64,000 nucleotides of DNA from Eledone cirrhosa (lineage: Eukaryota), in assembly GCA_964016885.1 (NCBI GenBank), contig CAXHJY010001673.1:1-64000 (forward strand), read 5' to 3'. The notes below the pieces were generated by a model, which did no database searches, had not been told where the DNA came from, and saw only the letters and a program-made list of their open reading frames with translations. Made by a program: the position numbers and the translations under genes. Shown here piece after piece: positions 13,376-29,609 of the stretch (its first letter is position 1; each line of letters starts with the position of its first letter).

Positions 13376-13522
13376 ACGCGCGCGCGCGTGTGTGTGCATG
13401 TGTGTGTTGGTGAGTTTATTTCGATATGTCGCAGCAACTCTCTAGATAATGGCTTTAATCCCAGAACACGTTCTCTGATCAACTCACTTGAGGACACAAC
13501 TTTAGAACAGCGTTCATATCTG

Positions 13523-13595
<73 letters not shown>

Positions 13596-13915
13596 ACACA
13601 CACACACACACACACAGAGTCATGTATATATATATATATATATATAAACATTAGTTTAAATATATAAATATATGTATTCTTGTACATGACTGTATTTATC
13701 TATCTGCCTATCTATCTGTTTATCTACTTATCTATGCATCCATCTATCTATTACACACACATGCACTCTGTCTCCCTCTTTCTCTCTCCCTCTCTCCCTC
13801 TATCTCCCTCACCCCTTCTCTCTCCCTATATATATATATATATATATATAGCAAATATATCAACAGAGTATAGGACTTGCGTATAACCCTGTAAATGAAA
13901 ACACACTCTCCTGTG

Positions 13916-13964
<49 letters not shown>

Positions 13965-13984
13965 GAAGAGAGAGAGAGAGAGCG

Positions 13985-14022
<38 letters not shown>

Positions 14023-14229
14023 GAGAAAGATAGACCAAGAGAAATCGCTTATTATTAGTTATATGAAATCTGAACATTTTATAATTTATACGAATTTGTG
14101 CTTGCATGTGTATCTTTATGTGTATGTGTTTATATAGTCGTGTATATATGTGTATATATATGTGTATGTGTATATATAGTCGTGTGTGTGTATGTGCATG
14201 TATAGACGTGTATGTGTATATATATATAC

Positions 14230-14263
<34 letters not shown>

Positions 14264-14345
14264 GTATATATATATACACATACACGTCTATACATGCACA
14301 TACACACACACGACTATATATACACATACACATATATACACAAAC

Positions 14346-14404
<59 letters not shown>

Positions 14405-14408
14405 AGTG

Positions 14409-14468
<60 letters not shown>

Positions 14469-14472
14469 CATG

Positions 14473-14580
<108 letters not shown>

Positions 14581-14846
14581 TATTTATTAAAATAACAGAT
14601 TAAAGTTTAAGCAAACGATCCTTATCGAACCCTCTTTGGATTTTAGTCTTCATATATATATATATAGTTCATTTTATTTCAGGAGTTCCATTTATACCGA
14701 TATCGACTTTACCATAACCCTAATGTGACCCAGAACTGTTTTTTTCTAATCCTTTCATTTCCATATTTGTCTATGTTTCTCGAATAATTATCAAAATAGA
14801 CAAGAATTTCAAATGATTTAGTATCTTTCATTATTTTTCTGGTATA

Positions 14847-15021
14847 AGGGCGGTGGATTGGCAGTATCGGTAGAGAGTCGGACGCCATGCTTTCCAGCAT
14901 AGTTACGTCCCTTTACGGTCTGAGTTCAAATCCCCTCGAGGTTAACTTTGCCTTTCATCCTTACGGGGTCGATAAAATAAAGTACCAGTGATGTACTGGA
15001 TAATTGCTGGCCTTGTGCCAA
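14847..15021 (+). mobile_element. SINE S1
   Basis: Full head, flanked by the direct repeat TTATTTTTCTGGTAT. Confidence 0.9.
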
Positions 15022-15547
15022 TTATTTTTCTGGTATTTAGGGAATAACCTAAAGGTTTTTACATAAAACTATGATAGAAGGTTTCTAGATAACTATAAAG
15101 GTTTGAAATAAGCTGCTTGATATGTTAGACTCTGAATGGTTTCAGGTGGTTTGGTATCAAAACGGGGACAAAGTATATTGATATGAAGATATTGTATCAT
15201 AATCTTATTGTATCAAAATCTTTTTAAGAATCTTTGTTAAGCTATGTTCCAAATAGTAGATTTATAATGAGAAAGTTAATTAATTTAACTATTATTTTTA
15301 ATAATAACTATTATTTTTCAATTGGAAATATGCTAACGATTGTGTTAACGATCTCTTAAACTAGGATTTCCCAGCCTAGGGTCAGTGGATACTTGGAGAC
15401 CTTATATGTAGAATTAGGGTTCCTTGAGCTAATTTCAAATTTTCAGCAGCATTGTTAAAAACACAATATACATAATATACGCTTCTGTATATCTCTTCTA
15501 CTTGAAGATGGAACATGTCACGCTTTTGATTATTGTACTTAATATAT

Positions 15548-15763
15548 GATTTCTACTATAGGTTCAAGGCCAGCAATTTGGGGGGGAGGGAAAGTCGATT
15601 AAATCAACCCCAGTACATTACTGGTGCTTTAGTTTATCGACCCCATAAGGATGAAAGGCAAAGCTAACCTCAGCGCGATTTGAACTCAGATCATAAAGGG
15701 TCCTAACTATATGTTGCAAAGCATGGTGTCCGATGCTCTACCACTTCAGCCCATGCACCGCCC
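15548..15763 (-). mobile_element. SINE S1, longer and more diverged variant
   Basis: Reverse copy with an extra GGGGGGAGGGAAAGTCGATT segment in the tail. Confidence 0.8.
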
Positions 15764-16848
15764 TATTGTTGTACTTAATATATAATAATCTGGCAGGGGA
15801 GCGATTACAGGAAGAAGGGTCCATGGGAAAATTTAATGAAATAAATAGGATTCTTGATAGCGTAAAGTTTGCAAACTACTGTTCTAAGCTATTGTTTGTA
15901 CTACACATTTCATGTCGAGTCATTGCACGTGTGCTAGAGTGTCAACTGCCTCTTCTGTCAATGAATCCTGTGAGATAGAGAGGTAGGGTCGGGTGGGACG
16001 GGACTATCGTATCGTTGTCCCATGTTAAATATGACTGATAGCTGTGCTGCCTAGAACACGATACATAAATACAGAGAGAGGGTGAGAGAAGAAGGGGAGA
16101 AAAGAGAGGGAGATAGTGAGAGAGAGACAGAGAGAAAGAGGCACACATAAGAATACACACAATACACCAATATATATATATATAAATATATTTATATATA
16201 TATGAATGTATATATATATATATATATGTATATGTATATACACCCACCCCACGCCCCTACAGACACACACACAATTATATATATGTATATTTATATACGT
16301 ATATAAAATGCTTATATGTAATATATTTATATATATATATATACACACACATACAAACTGACAGACAAACACACACATACACACATACACACACATACAC
16401 ACATACACACATAAAGACATAGAGGAGGGTAACAAAACAAACACATATCCCTAATATAAACATTAAACCAACAACGACCTCATATCAATTAAGGAATTGC
16501 TTCATTTACCAACAGACTATCATTTGCATATTAACATCTCCACCATCTTTGTTCAAATATTATATATAGCTACCGTAACTGGTTCAAATTCAAATTCACT
16601 AACAGTTGTCTGCCCTTTAGAGCATCAGGTTTACTATATGAACTAAGGGGGGTCAAATAAACAGAGATATTTGGAATTTCATTCATACGCCTGAATTAAA
16701 TGTAATATGTATTTAAACTTATTTGTTTCTTTTCAGTTTTATTTATCCACACACACACACACCCACATACACCCACACAAATACAAACACACAGACACAC
16801 ACACACAGACACACACACACACGAGAGCATACAGTCACACACACAGAG

Positions 16849-16891
<43 letters not shown>

Positions 16892-16928
16892 CAAACATAT
16901 ATTTATATATATATATATACACAGACAA

Positions 16929-17015
<87 letters not shown>

Positions 17016-17080
17016 GTTACAACAGTGACACATACGGGTACTTAAGTTTCGTTGGGTTGTACACCCCTACTCCTTCAGTC

Positions 17081-17135
<55 letters not shown>

Positions 17136-17280
17136 AGTGTGTGTGTGCATTTTTTAATTTTCAACACTCCATCGTACTCCATATATACATACACACATAC
17201 TTGCACACATACATATATAAACACGCATATACATATGCATGCACACACACACACACATATATATATATATAACTTCTATT

Positions 17281-17356
<76 letters not shown>

Positions 17357-17680
17357 TCTCTCTTTCTCCCCTAACAATAAAACTTATTATTTACTGTTTC
17401 ACAGTAAAACCAGGAGTGATTTTAGACAGTTTGGTATCACAAGTTGTAACTGTTTAGTTACAATATTTCTAATGAAAGGTTCAACCTATGATTTTCAAAT
17501 ATTTTGCAAATAATCAAGTATTTGATGGAGTTAGTAACATAACTAACTGTCTTATTATCATTAACTTATTAATAACTTAGATTCTTATTAACTAGATGTC
17601 TTATTATTACGTTAGCGTTTGTAAATTCAAACATAAGATTGTGATGGGCTCTGATCTCGTATGGTTATTTGAACAACACA

Positions 17681-17887
17681 GTGAATGGTGATTATTCGGG
17701 ATCAATATTGCAGCCACACATTGAATGTAGGTTATCTAGAATCAATATTTGAGCCACACGCTAAATGGTGGTTATCTGGTATCAATATTTGAGCCATACA
17801 GTGAATGTTAGTGATCTGGCATCAATATTTGAGCCATACACTGAATGTCGGTCATCTGGTATCAATATTTGAGCCATACACTGAATG
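17681..17887. repeat. 40-bp minisatellite, 5 units
   Basis: ATCAATATT recurs at 17701, 17741, 17781, 17821 and 17861. Confidence 0.9.
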
Positions 17888-17979
17888 CCTTCAAGGTGAA
17901 GTCTCAGCTTTCGCTCATTGTCTCTCTCTCTCTCTCACTTTCCCTAGAATATGTGTTGAAATCCAACCAGGTTATATAT

Positions 17980-18070
<91 letters not shown>

Positions 18071-18635
18071 GAATATACATACATATGTGTATATGTTATA
18101 TTTACAAACATATATATATTCATTTATATGTGTATATATTTCTCTCTCGTATATATATATATGTATATATATATTTACATATATATATATATATATGTAA
18201 ATATATATATGCATATATATATATACGAGAGAGAGAGATATATGTGTGTGCATGTGTATGAGTGTGTATGCATACATACATAGGCATATATACATATACA
18301 TATATATGAGTTATCTGAGCGGTTAAATATTTTCCTGGCGAAATCTGGTTTTCCAGTGATGCAACAATAAAAAGCTATATTCGATTTTTTTTTGATAAAA
18401 TACATCATCAAAACTCCCTGAAGATCGATATTATCATAGTGTTTCGGTTACATATCAACATTATTGTGTTACTCTCTAGACACCAGACAAAACTAACTGA
18501 GCAAAGTCAACAAGTAACCAGAATCTCCACGCCAGTTTATTAAAACCTCCTTAGGTATTACATAAATCACTGAACATTCTGAACAGAAAATCCCCATTGG
18601 TCGAATTAATGTCCTTTTACATTATTTTTGTGAGT

Positions 18636-18820
18636 GGGTGAATTGGCAGTATCGGTAGAGGGTTGGATTATGCTTTCCAGCAAAGTTACGTCCCTTTACG
18701 ATCTGAGTTCAATTCCCGCCGAGGTTAACTTTGCCTTTCATCCTTACGGGGGTCGATAAAATAAAGTACCAGTAATGTACTGGGATAATTGCTGACCTTG
18801 TGCCAAAAAGTAGAAACAAT
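18636..18820 (+). mobile_element. SINE S1
   Basis: Full copy. The flanks ATTATTTTTGTGAGTGGGTG / ATTATTTATGTGAGTGGGTG form a TSD with 1 mismatch. Confidence 0.9.
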
Positions 18821-19972
18821 TATTTATGTGAGTGGGTGTCGGAAACCCCAGTCACATCCTTCATTTTGCAAAGCTAAATTTCATCAATTCTTCACCATTT
18901 TCATATCTTGCCTGTTTTCACCCGAGCACAAGGAAGCTTTTCAAACATCGATAATTGTACAGTACAGCGATTTTGAGAGACCTAGGTCATATTCCTCCCT
19001 TTGCAATTCCAGGTTTCCTTAATTCCTTCTTCATTTTGAGCTGGCATCTAGTAAGTAATCTTTCGACGGATCATGATATTAAGATGAGCCTACCTTTCCA
19101 AACCTCGATTATAGTATAGTTCTCCTCAGGAAACAACCTGAAGCAGTAGGTTTTTGTAAACTGTGATCGTTTTATCGATGTGTATATTGTTTTTTTCATT
19201 TGACATATTCACAATGTACACTATACTGCCCCTGTTTGTATTCCTTCCCTGACTTACTTTCCTTGGAGCCAAGTACCTGCTGCTTGAAAATCACGGATAT
19301 ATACCGAGCCTGTTTGAGTAGAACTATAGTTATGATCGCAGGAGTCCCATTCCTATCATTATATTTCTTTAGTATATTAAGAAATCATATTATCAAATGC
19401 ATCGTCCTTTATTTAAAACTTTCGATACCATATTTCGAATAATAAACACTGTCTTTTTCAAATCACTTCGAACATAATCAGAAATTTCAATCTTACGTTT
19501 CGAACATAACGTTTCTTACATAAAATTATGATGGAACTTTTTTTAGATACATATAAACACTTGTTGCCATATTTCTAATGAAAGACGCAGCCAACGATTT
19601 TCAAAAATTTTTGAAAATATCCAAGAATATCCAAAATTGTTGCATTTTCTAATATATCTATATTCTTATAACTAGACTTAGGTTTGAAGCATTAATTAAT
19701 CAAAGTTGGTATATAAAATTATGAAAGGAGATATTTTATTTTAGATAAATATAAACATTTTAAACAAACAATTTTGTATTATACATCGAGGAGTGGTTTA
19801 CTAAATTAATCTCAAGGATCTTAACACACAACTACTGCCTAAACCAAATTTCCAGCACCGATATATACCTCTCTAGACTCCATCCTACCCCACAACATGT
19901 GAAAATGTTACTTTATAAACTAAACAGCCAAAACAGTAACATTTAAGTTATACCTCACAATCTACCTTGGAA

Positions 19973-20048
<76 letters not shown>

Positions 20049-20260
20049 ATATACATACAGTATATATATATATATATATACAAAGATTCTAATACAAAGG
20101 TCTGATGACATGGTGTGTTGGCTTACAGTGTACTTTCGGTTTTTGATAATATTTGTGTATTATTCAAATAGCGAGGTATAGGTAACTCATACACTATAGA
20201 AACAATTGTTACCTAATAAATTCTATATACCCGCATTTCCATTTCGTAAATTTTTTCTCC

Positions 20261-20292
<32 letters not shown>

Positions 20293-20398
20293 ATATACAC
20301 ATATATATATATATACATACATATATATATATATATACACATAATACATATACATATAACATATGTATATACATATATATATATATATATACAAACAG

Positions 20399-20480
<82 letters not shown>

Positions 20481-20532
20481 ATATATGCATATATGCATAT
20501 ATATATATACATATATATATATACACGAACAA

Positions 20533-20618
<86 letters not shown>

Positions 20619-21050
20619 ATCTGTGTGTGTAAATGCAGGGACATGTGTGTTATTAATGAGTTATAAAATAATCTAGTTTTCCACGCGTCACGGGACATGT
20701 GAATGGCATAATTGCCACAAACTCCCATTTTCGCCACTTCAAAAAAACCCCCCAAAAAACAAAATGGTGTCTGCGGTTGCATGCTACTGACCAAGGACCG
20801 CATTCCCTTTCCTCCCTGCCATATTGACTCGCAACAATCCCTGCTAGGCTGAAAATTTCCCATGATTCATCATTCTATATCTGGCGTAGGGCATAAGGCG
20901 TGATAAGCCCCCCCCTTCCCCCCCTATCTACCAGGTCACGCCTACGTCACATAATAAACATGATGGTGACGGTGGTGGCGGCGGCGGCGGCAAAACATTA
21001 ACTCCTAGGGCTAACATCTGACCTTGACTTCTATGTTTCGTCTATATGAA

Positions 21051-21086
<36 letters not shown>

Positions 21087-21100
21087 CATGTTTATATATA

Positions 21101-21156
<56 letters not shown>

Positions 21157-21217
21157 TATATACATATATATAAATATATAAATATATATATAAACATGTA
21201 TATATGCATATATATAT

Positions 21218-21310
<93 letters not shown>

Positions 21311-21772
21311 ATATATATATATACCTTCATATATGAATGTATGTATATAAATACATATAAATAATTAAATAATGTATATATATATATTTATATATGTACT
21401 TACATGTATGTATATATCCACATATATAAATATATATGTATATATGTATATATGTGTATATATATATGTATATATGTATATATGTATATATGTATTTACA
21501 TGTGTATATATATATATATCCACATATATAAATATATATGTATATATATATATATATATATGCATATATATATATATACATATATACATATATATAAGAT
21601 ATTGATATATTTAACAAGAAGAATTAATTGATGCATAAAAAATATTATTAAAAGTATTATGAAAAACAAATATCTGATTAACCTCAAGTGACATGTTTGT
21701 TTGTCTAACCATATGATTCCATACGTAATCATACATACGTCAAACATACATGTATATATATATATGCATATA

Positions 21773-21850
<78 letters not shown>

Positions 21851-21944
21851 TATGTATATATATATACACATATGCATACATATATATATATACTATATAT
21901 ATATATATAAAATGTATATATATGTATATATATGTATATGCGTT

Positions 21945-21983
<39 letters not shown>

Positions 21984-22048
21984 TTATATATACACACATA
22001 AATACATATATATATACACATATATATGTACATATGTATATATACATA

Positions 22049-22088
<40 letters not shown>

Positions 22089-22485
22089 TGTGTGTATGTG
22101 TGTGTGTACGTGTGAGTACACATATATACAAACATAGATGCACGCATGCGTGCATCTATCCGTACATATACACATGTCTATTTATCAATTCTCATCTCAC
22201 CATGTCTCACACAATCTTACAACTCTCTATACAAAAGTAAGATTTATATGGCTGCGTCTGTGTATATATGTGTATATATGTAACATACGTCTACACAAAC
22301 GTATTACATACAATATTCATAGATATATACTCGTATACACATGGACGCATAGATATACAGATATACAGATATACAGACATATACACACAATTTGTAAAAT
22401 ATATCAAAAGAAATTGCATAGATATATATCCGACAGTTGTAAAAATTGCAAATATTTTGTTTAAATAAACCTAGACGATATTGAT

Positions 22486-22527
<42 letters not shown>

Positions 22528-22569
22528 GTGTGTGTGTTTGTGTGTGTGTGTATAGATTTATACATCTAT

Positions 22570-22636
<67 letters not shown>

Positions 22637-22794
22637 TATATATATATTTATATATACATACATACATACATCTATATATATATACTTACATGTATGAATA
22701 TATATACTCATTTATATATTAATATATTTACATACGTTTATATATATATATATATATATATATACGTACATATCTCTCTCTCTCTCTTTGTCTT

Positions 22795-22869
<75 letters not shown>

Positions 22870-23348
22870 GTATAAATACATACAATATATACGTGTGTGA
22901 AATAAACTGTTCTGACATTTATATCCGTTAAATTCAATTCAAATTCGAATCAATTCGCCTTAAATTCTATGTTGAGTTTATTGTCCATAGTGTAGACAAT
23001 ATATGGTAAGGCGAAACTCGATAACAATGTTGTGGTTTGAGTGGTGGTGGTGGTGGAGGTGGTGGTTGCTTGGTACTGGCAGTGAATGGGCAATAAGAAT
23101 AAATAAAACAATATATACAAACACATACATACATACATGCATACATACACACACAAACACGCTCACATATACATCTTTACATATATATTTACATACATAT
23201 ATTCATGCATACATGCATGCATGCATACATGCATGCATGCATACATGTTTTCATTCAAATATACAATACACATACGTACACACATACACACGTATATATA
23301 TATATATATATATATATGTGGGTGTGTGGGTGTGTGTGTGTTTATTTA

Positions 23349-23419
<71 letters not shown>

Positions 23420-23538
23420 ATGCATTTATTTAAGCATGTATATACGTATGTATTCGTATATATATTATATATACATACACACACACATATATATATCTAT
23501 ATATATCCATACATAGATACATATATATACATACACAC

Positions 23539-23571
<33 letters not shown>

Positions 23572-24024
23572 TATATATATATATATAATTAATACACGTC
23601 AGCTTTAAATAATCGTTTGCAGCATGGGAGATGAAGATCAAGTAGAGAAATATGGCGTTCGGGTGGGCATAGATGAGGTTAGACGATTAAATCTGCTTCA
23701 GTAGAACTTGATAGTTACTTTATTTTATCGACCTCCCAATGATGAAAGACAATGGTGACCTCACCGGAACTTATTCAACTCTCAATGTTATACATGCGCC
23801 GGAAACAAGTAAAGTCCACAAAGCATTTTCTCGATTCTTCTAAAAGATTCTGCTAATCCACTTTCTTACGTTAAATAGAAGCAACAATATTAATCTTATA
23901 CAATAATGGTTTCTAAGTTAGGCACAAGGACTGCAATTTTTGGGATTAGCGTAACGTCTATACTCATTCTGTCTCGTACTTGACTGTTACTTCATTTTAG
24001 CGACCTCCCTCGGAATAATGAAAG

Positions 24025-24310
24025 GAGACGCGTGGTCTTGTGGTAAAGCTGTTAGACTTATGTTCATAATGTCGTCGTTTCGATTCCTGGAATGAATTAT
24101 GTGGTGTGTTATTGAGCAAAACACTTCATTTTACGTTGCTGCTCTAAGCTCAGCTGAAATGAGTACCAACAGCAATAGCTGGGGGGTTTAACCCTGAGAT
24201 TGACAGGCGTTCTTGCCAGGGGAAGCCGTGTTCTCTCAGTCACTTCAAGCCATAGGAACCGAGATAAACATTAATCTGATGAGCCTGCGGCCTCGAGACA
24301 GGCTTTAGAC
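24025..24310 (+). mobile_element. CORE-like SINE S2, near full length and diverged
   Basis: GGAGACGCGTGGTCTTGTGGTAA head, GTTTCGATTCC B box and TGTGTTATTGAGCAAAACACTT core. Confidence 0.65.
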
Positions 24311-24628
24311 TTTTTTGTTAGGAATGATAATAGGAAACGTTGTCCATGGTGGGATAAATCTGATACTGCTGCTGATGACTATAATAATAATATTAATAAT
24401 TCTTATCATTATTTCTAACATAGGAGGCTTTCTCCACAAGTGTCCCTCCGAAGTCTCCCCCTATTGGGGAATTTTTCATTGTTATTTTTTTGTTACATCC
24501 TCTGTTTTTGTTTTTTACACGCAGAAATGCCCATTTGTACCGTCCTGTATTGTCCTGCACTGTCCTTAATGTCTACTTTATGTAAACCCTTGTGGTTAAT
24601 AAAGAAATCATTATTTCTAACATAGGAA

Positions 24629-24818
24629 GGCGGTGGATTGGCAGTATTGGTAGAGGGTCGGACGCCATGCTTTGACGCATAGAGTTACAGCCCTTTCCAT
24701 TCTGAGTTCAAATCCCGCCGAGGTTAACTTTGCCTTTCATCCTTACGGGGTCGATAAAATAAAGTACCAGTAATGCACTGGGGTAATTGCTGGCCTTGTG
24801 CCTAAAGTAGAAACAATT
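24629..24818 (+). mobile_element. SINE S1
   Basis: Full copy with TSD TTATTTCTAACAT. Confidence 0.9.
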
Positions 24819-25424
24819 ATTTCTAACATGGGGTAAGTCGATTAAATCGACCCAAGTTCTTGACTAGTATTTATGTTATTGACCCTAGGACGATGAAAGG
24901 CATAGTTAACCATGGCGAGATTTGAATTCAGTACATAAAGGGCTATAACTGATTGCTCCGAAGCGTTTTATCCACCGCTCTAACGATTCTACCAGTCCTT
25001 GTCACAGAAACATAGAGGCAGCAATTTTGGTGGGAAGGGAAATGTCGCTTAGATTGACCTCAGTATTTGACTGGTATGTTATTTAATTGGTAAGGGAAGG
25101 ATGAAAAAATATTCGAATGCTTTCTTAATCATACGTATTCGGACATTACAATAAATGTTGCAAACGTAGGAGGGAGTTACAATACATGTAAGACTAATGA
25201 TGTTCATGACGATGCTGATAGTAGTAATACCAATAGTAGCAGTAATAATAATAATAATTTAATGACAATCCCTATTACTGAACTACATTCTTCCCCTCAA
25301 AACATGGCAGTTATCAACCATCCCAGTCACTTGAACTTATAACTTGCTGTGTCTTCAGTTCTCTGGGAGAGACTTGGAGTCAGCTAGTACAAACACAAAC
25401 CAAAATCCAAACATAAAAGTAATA

Positions 25425-25638
25425 ATAATTGTATCTACTTTAGACAAAAGGCCAACAATTTAAGGGGAGGGGAAAGTCGATCGACCCCAGTGCATTACTG
25501 GTACTTTATTTTATCGACCCTGTAAGGATGAAAGGTAAAGCTAACCTCAACGGGGTTTTAACTCAGAATGTAAAGGGCCCTACCTAGATACTGGAAAGCA
25601 TTTTGTCCGACGCTCTACCGATTCTGCCAATCCACCGC
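25425..25638 (-). mobile_element. SINE S1, long-tail variant
   Basis: Reverse copy of the body and head. Confidence 0.8.
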
Positions 25639-26955
25639 TTTTATAATTAATAATGGTAGCAAAACAAAACTATAATAAACTTCAATTAGAAAATGTTCCC
25701 TAATAGTAAAGGATGACACTTTAGGGTTTTCACAGGGAAACCTTAAACAAATTCTCAGAAAACCCCACTCAAAAATGTCCGATTATTCTGTCGCAATGCG
25801 GTTTAAGAAAAGACTAGAACATTGTAGTAAAACAGTAATAATTGTTTCTAACATTGGCACAAGGCCAGTAGGAAAACAATAATAACATAAGCTAGAAAAT
25901 GTACAATACTACAATGGTCGACATTGACAAATATAATCTCAGCGAGGTCAACATTTTCCTTCATCATTCAGGGGTCGATGAAATAAAGTGTGGTTAATTA
26001 AATCGTCTTTGCCCTGCCTCTAAACTTTGAGGGCTTTGCGTCTAAACTAGAAATCAATATTTTATCCATATACAAACAACAGTCATACTTTTATTTATCA
26101 CTTGACAGCATATGTGGTTCTTACTTAATTAACCCTTTTAAATATGGAACTGCCTGAAACCACCCTATGGTTCTATGAGACATAACTGTTTATTTTAAAG
26201 TGTTTATTTGTATCTAAAAACGTTCCATCATAATTTTATGTACGGACAGCTTAATAGCAAATTAGTTATTCCTAAATTATTTCAAATTCTTTATGTTATA
26301 TATTTATAATATTTATCAAATATTCTTCATTCATTATTTTAATAAATTACTAAATCATTACCAAATCATTATTTTATTAAATTAAAGTATTCGTATTAAA
26401 TTTATGTTCCAAATACCAACACGATAATGAGAAACCTAGCTATATTACTAATTCATGTCCAACTTTTAAACATTTTCAATATTTGTTAAAATATGGTAAC
26501 GAATGAGATAACATATTCATATTTATATTTTTTTTTAAATCTTCCATAATTTTATGTAAGAATATTTGTTATGGCTCCCAAACCAACTTAATATTGAGAA
26601 AGTTAGTTATATTTCCAAAGCCTACAAATTCAAATAATTTCAAAAGTTGATTGAATATCATGGTAGTGTCTTCTATAAAAAAAATATAGTGACAACTGAG
26701 CACTGTACTACAAAATTCTCACTACATAGATCTGCACTGCTAGGCATGAAATATTCAGGGAACTAACTATACAATATACTAGCGACCAGTTCAGTTGGTA
26801 GGAACCATGTAATTGGACCGAAGGTTCCTAGGAACCACCCTACCAACAATAACTCTCCCCTCGTCAGAGAGAGAAGAGTTATATGGCTAAAAGAAACAAA
26901 CGAAAGATACACATGTATATATATAGAGAGAAGAATGGATACCCTATAGTGTGTA

Positions 26956-27140
26956 TAATTGTTTCTACTTTTGGCACAAGGCCAGCAATTACCCAGTGTA
27001 TTACTGGTACTTTATTTTATCGACCCCGTAAGGATGAAAGGCAAAGTTAACCTTGGCGGGATTTGAACTCAGAATGGCAAGGACCGTAACTCTATGCGTC
27101 AAAGCATGGCGTCCGACCCTCTACCGATACTGGCAATCCC
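26956..27140 (-). mobile_element. SINE S1 with a perfect 18-bp TSD
   Basis: CCCTATAGTGTGTATAAT at 26942-26959 and 27138-27155. Confidence 0.92.
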
Positions 27141-27771
27141 TATAGTGTGTATAATGTATCTATAACAAAGTATTCGAAATTCGTATACACTAAGAATAAG
27201 TTTATACTTAGAGAAGAATAGATACCCAATAGTATGTATATATTATATTTATAACAAACTATATGAATATGTTATAGAGTGATAATAACAATCCAAGTAG
27301 AGAAATGTTTATACTAAGAGAAGAATGCATACAAAAGAGTGTATGTAAATTATGTGTATAACAAAGTATATAAAATGTTGAACTTAGCTCACGGACACCA
27401 AATACTAGAGTTCACTGACTCCCATGGATCAGCTGATCCTAGATTACACTACAGATTGAGTCATTTGAGGATTATAAAAGGACTGACATGCTTGGCTTAA
27501 TAAAACAGGGACATAGGTGGATGGTCAATGCAAATGTGATGGATGTTGTATTGGTTAATGTTTTTAACCACAGGTTAGGCTTTTGAATGAAGACCTATTA
27601 CTGGAGTGAATCCAGCCGTGGCGTTCACGTGTTTTCAGAAAACGTTTATCCAATATAGCCTTCATAGCATTTATATCTAACATATGGACCATATATAATT
27701 TATATATGAAACAAAAACACATGAAGCAATTTTAGTTATATTAGGTTCGCTCTTGGAGGAAATGGAATGCG

Positions 27772-27817
<46 letters not shown>

Positions 27818-27868
27818 TACGTACACACACACATACATACATATATATATATGACTTAGCTATGGTAA

Positions 27869-27931
<63 letters not shown>

Positions 27932-28524
27932 TACATATATATATATGTATGTTTACTATAGGTAGTAAACATCAGAAATTATTTTATTTATTTACAATGA
28001 AGCGGGACTCACAAGCACAACATGTGTTTATAGTATCTCGAAACATTCTTACACGGGACAGCGAACACAGGAAGTGATATGATAAATGGTATTACTCTAT
28101 TACTATGTAGACACAGACAGACACACACACACACACACAGACACACAGACACACACACAGACACACAGATACACATATATATATATATATGTAAGAGTGC
28201 TCTGTTCTGATTTAGATGTCGAGTTTCTGATTGGTATGGTGTCTGGCGATTTAGTTATGGTTTTCTTTCCTAAATTCTCTGCTGATCGTAAGGTTAAGCG
28301 TGAACCTAATAATCTCATATTTGTAGTGCCTCTCTGTTTTTGTTCCCGTCTAAGATTTACCTATATATATATATATTTATATATATATATATATGCAAAA
28401 GTTTTATTTTAAATTGTTGGGTTACAACAAGTAAATATTTTATAACTGATATAAAGCACTCAACAAGTTTTGGAGTAGATATACGATATTAAACGAATGG
28501 AAACTATATTTATAAAACCATATT

Positions 28525-28590
28525 TATTTCATTATACATATTTCGGGGATACCATATTAAAAATATGGCATGCCTTCTTCAGATAAAATA
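28525..28590 (-). ncRNA. Type I hammerhead ribozyme (inverted twin of 28723-28788)
   Basis: Reverse complement of the + strand ribozyme listed next. Confidence 0.75.
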
Positions 28591-28722
28591 CAATATATAA
28601 ACAGTTTTATAAATAATTTTGACGTACCATAAATATTGAGCAACCGTTATGTAGGAAGCCGGTTTGGTAGTCAAAATTATTTATAGTACGTCAAAATTAT
28701 TTATAAAACTGTTTATATATTG

Positions 28723-28788
28723 TATTTTATCTGAAGAAGGCATGCCATATTTTTAATATGGTATCCCCGAAATATGTATAATGAAATA
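28723..28788 (+). ncRNA. Type I hammerhead ribozyme, Penelope-type minimal stem III
   Basis: uauuuuau CUGAAGA aggc-augccauauu-uuu-aauaugguau-cccc GAAA UAUGUA UA^ augaaaua. Stem I is 8 bp (1 GU). Predicted cleavage is after 28780. Confidence 0.75.
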
Positions 28789-28828
28789 AATATGGTTTTA
28801 TAAATATAGTTTCCATTCGTTTAATATC

Positions 28829-28913
<85 letters not shown>

Positions 28914-29010
28914 AATCTTAGACGGGAACAAAAACAGAGAGGCAGTACAAATATGAGTTTATTAGGTTCACGCTTAGCCACTACGGATATTACCTTCCAG
29001 TGTTCCACCA

Positions 29011-29199
<189 letters not shown>

Positions 29200-29302
29200 G
29201 GGGCAGTAAGAGTGCGTGGTGGTATGTGTATACCTAACGTCCATTAGACTGCAATTGTTGTCTGCTCAGCTGAAACGATCGAAAAGCAATATTTCAATGT
29301 TG

Positions 29303-29365
<63 letters not shown>

Positions 29366-29392
29366 CATATATATATTTTATACATACACACA

Positions 29393-29448
<56 letters not shown>

Positions 29449-29565
29449 AATATATATATATATATATAATGGTGGAACACTGGAAGGTAATATCCGTAGT
29501 GGTAGAACACTCAGTCCACGGGATGAGTTAGGTAGAAGTGGTTACACAACAGTTAGTTCACCATA

Positions 29566-29605
29566 CCGAGAACAATTGTTTCACCTTAGCGGATCCTCAG
29601 TTCGG
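29566..29605 (-). ncRNA. Type I hammerhead ribozyme (inverted twin)
   Basis: ccgaa CUGAGGA uccgcuaaggu GAAA CAAUUG UU^ cucgg, with one A-C mismatch in stem I next to the core. Confidence 0.7.
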
Positions 29606-29609
29606 AATT

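Larger units (their letters stand above)
28479..28834. repeat. Inverted repeat with 149-bp arms (28479-28627 / 28686-28834), each arm carrying a hammerhead
   Basis: The arms are reverse complements and the right end runs into (TA)n. Confidence 0.9.

Noticed and set aside
19085-19135. Minus-strand CUGAGGA...GAAA...UC
   Set aside because: There is no stem I complementarity and stem II is poor, so it is probably a chance match.
24277-24310. CUGAUGA followed by a GCCUG/CAGGC hairpin
   Set aside because: No GAAA or stem III follows, and it is part of the SINE S2 tail.
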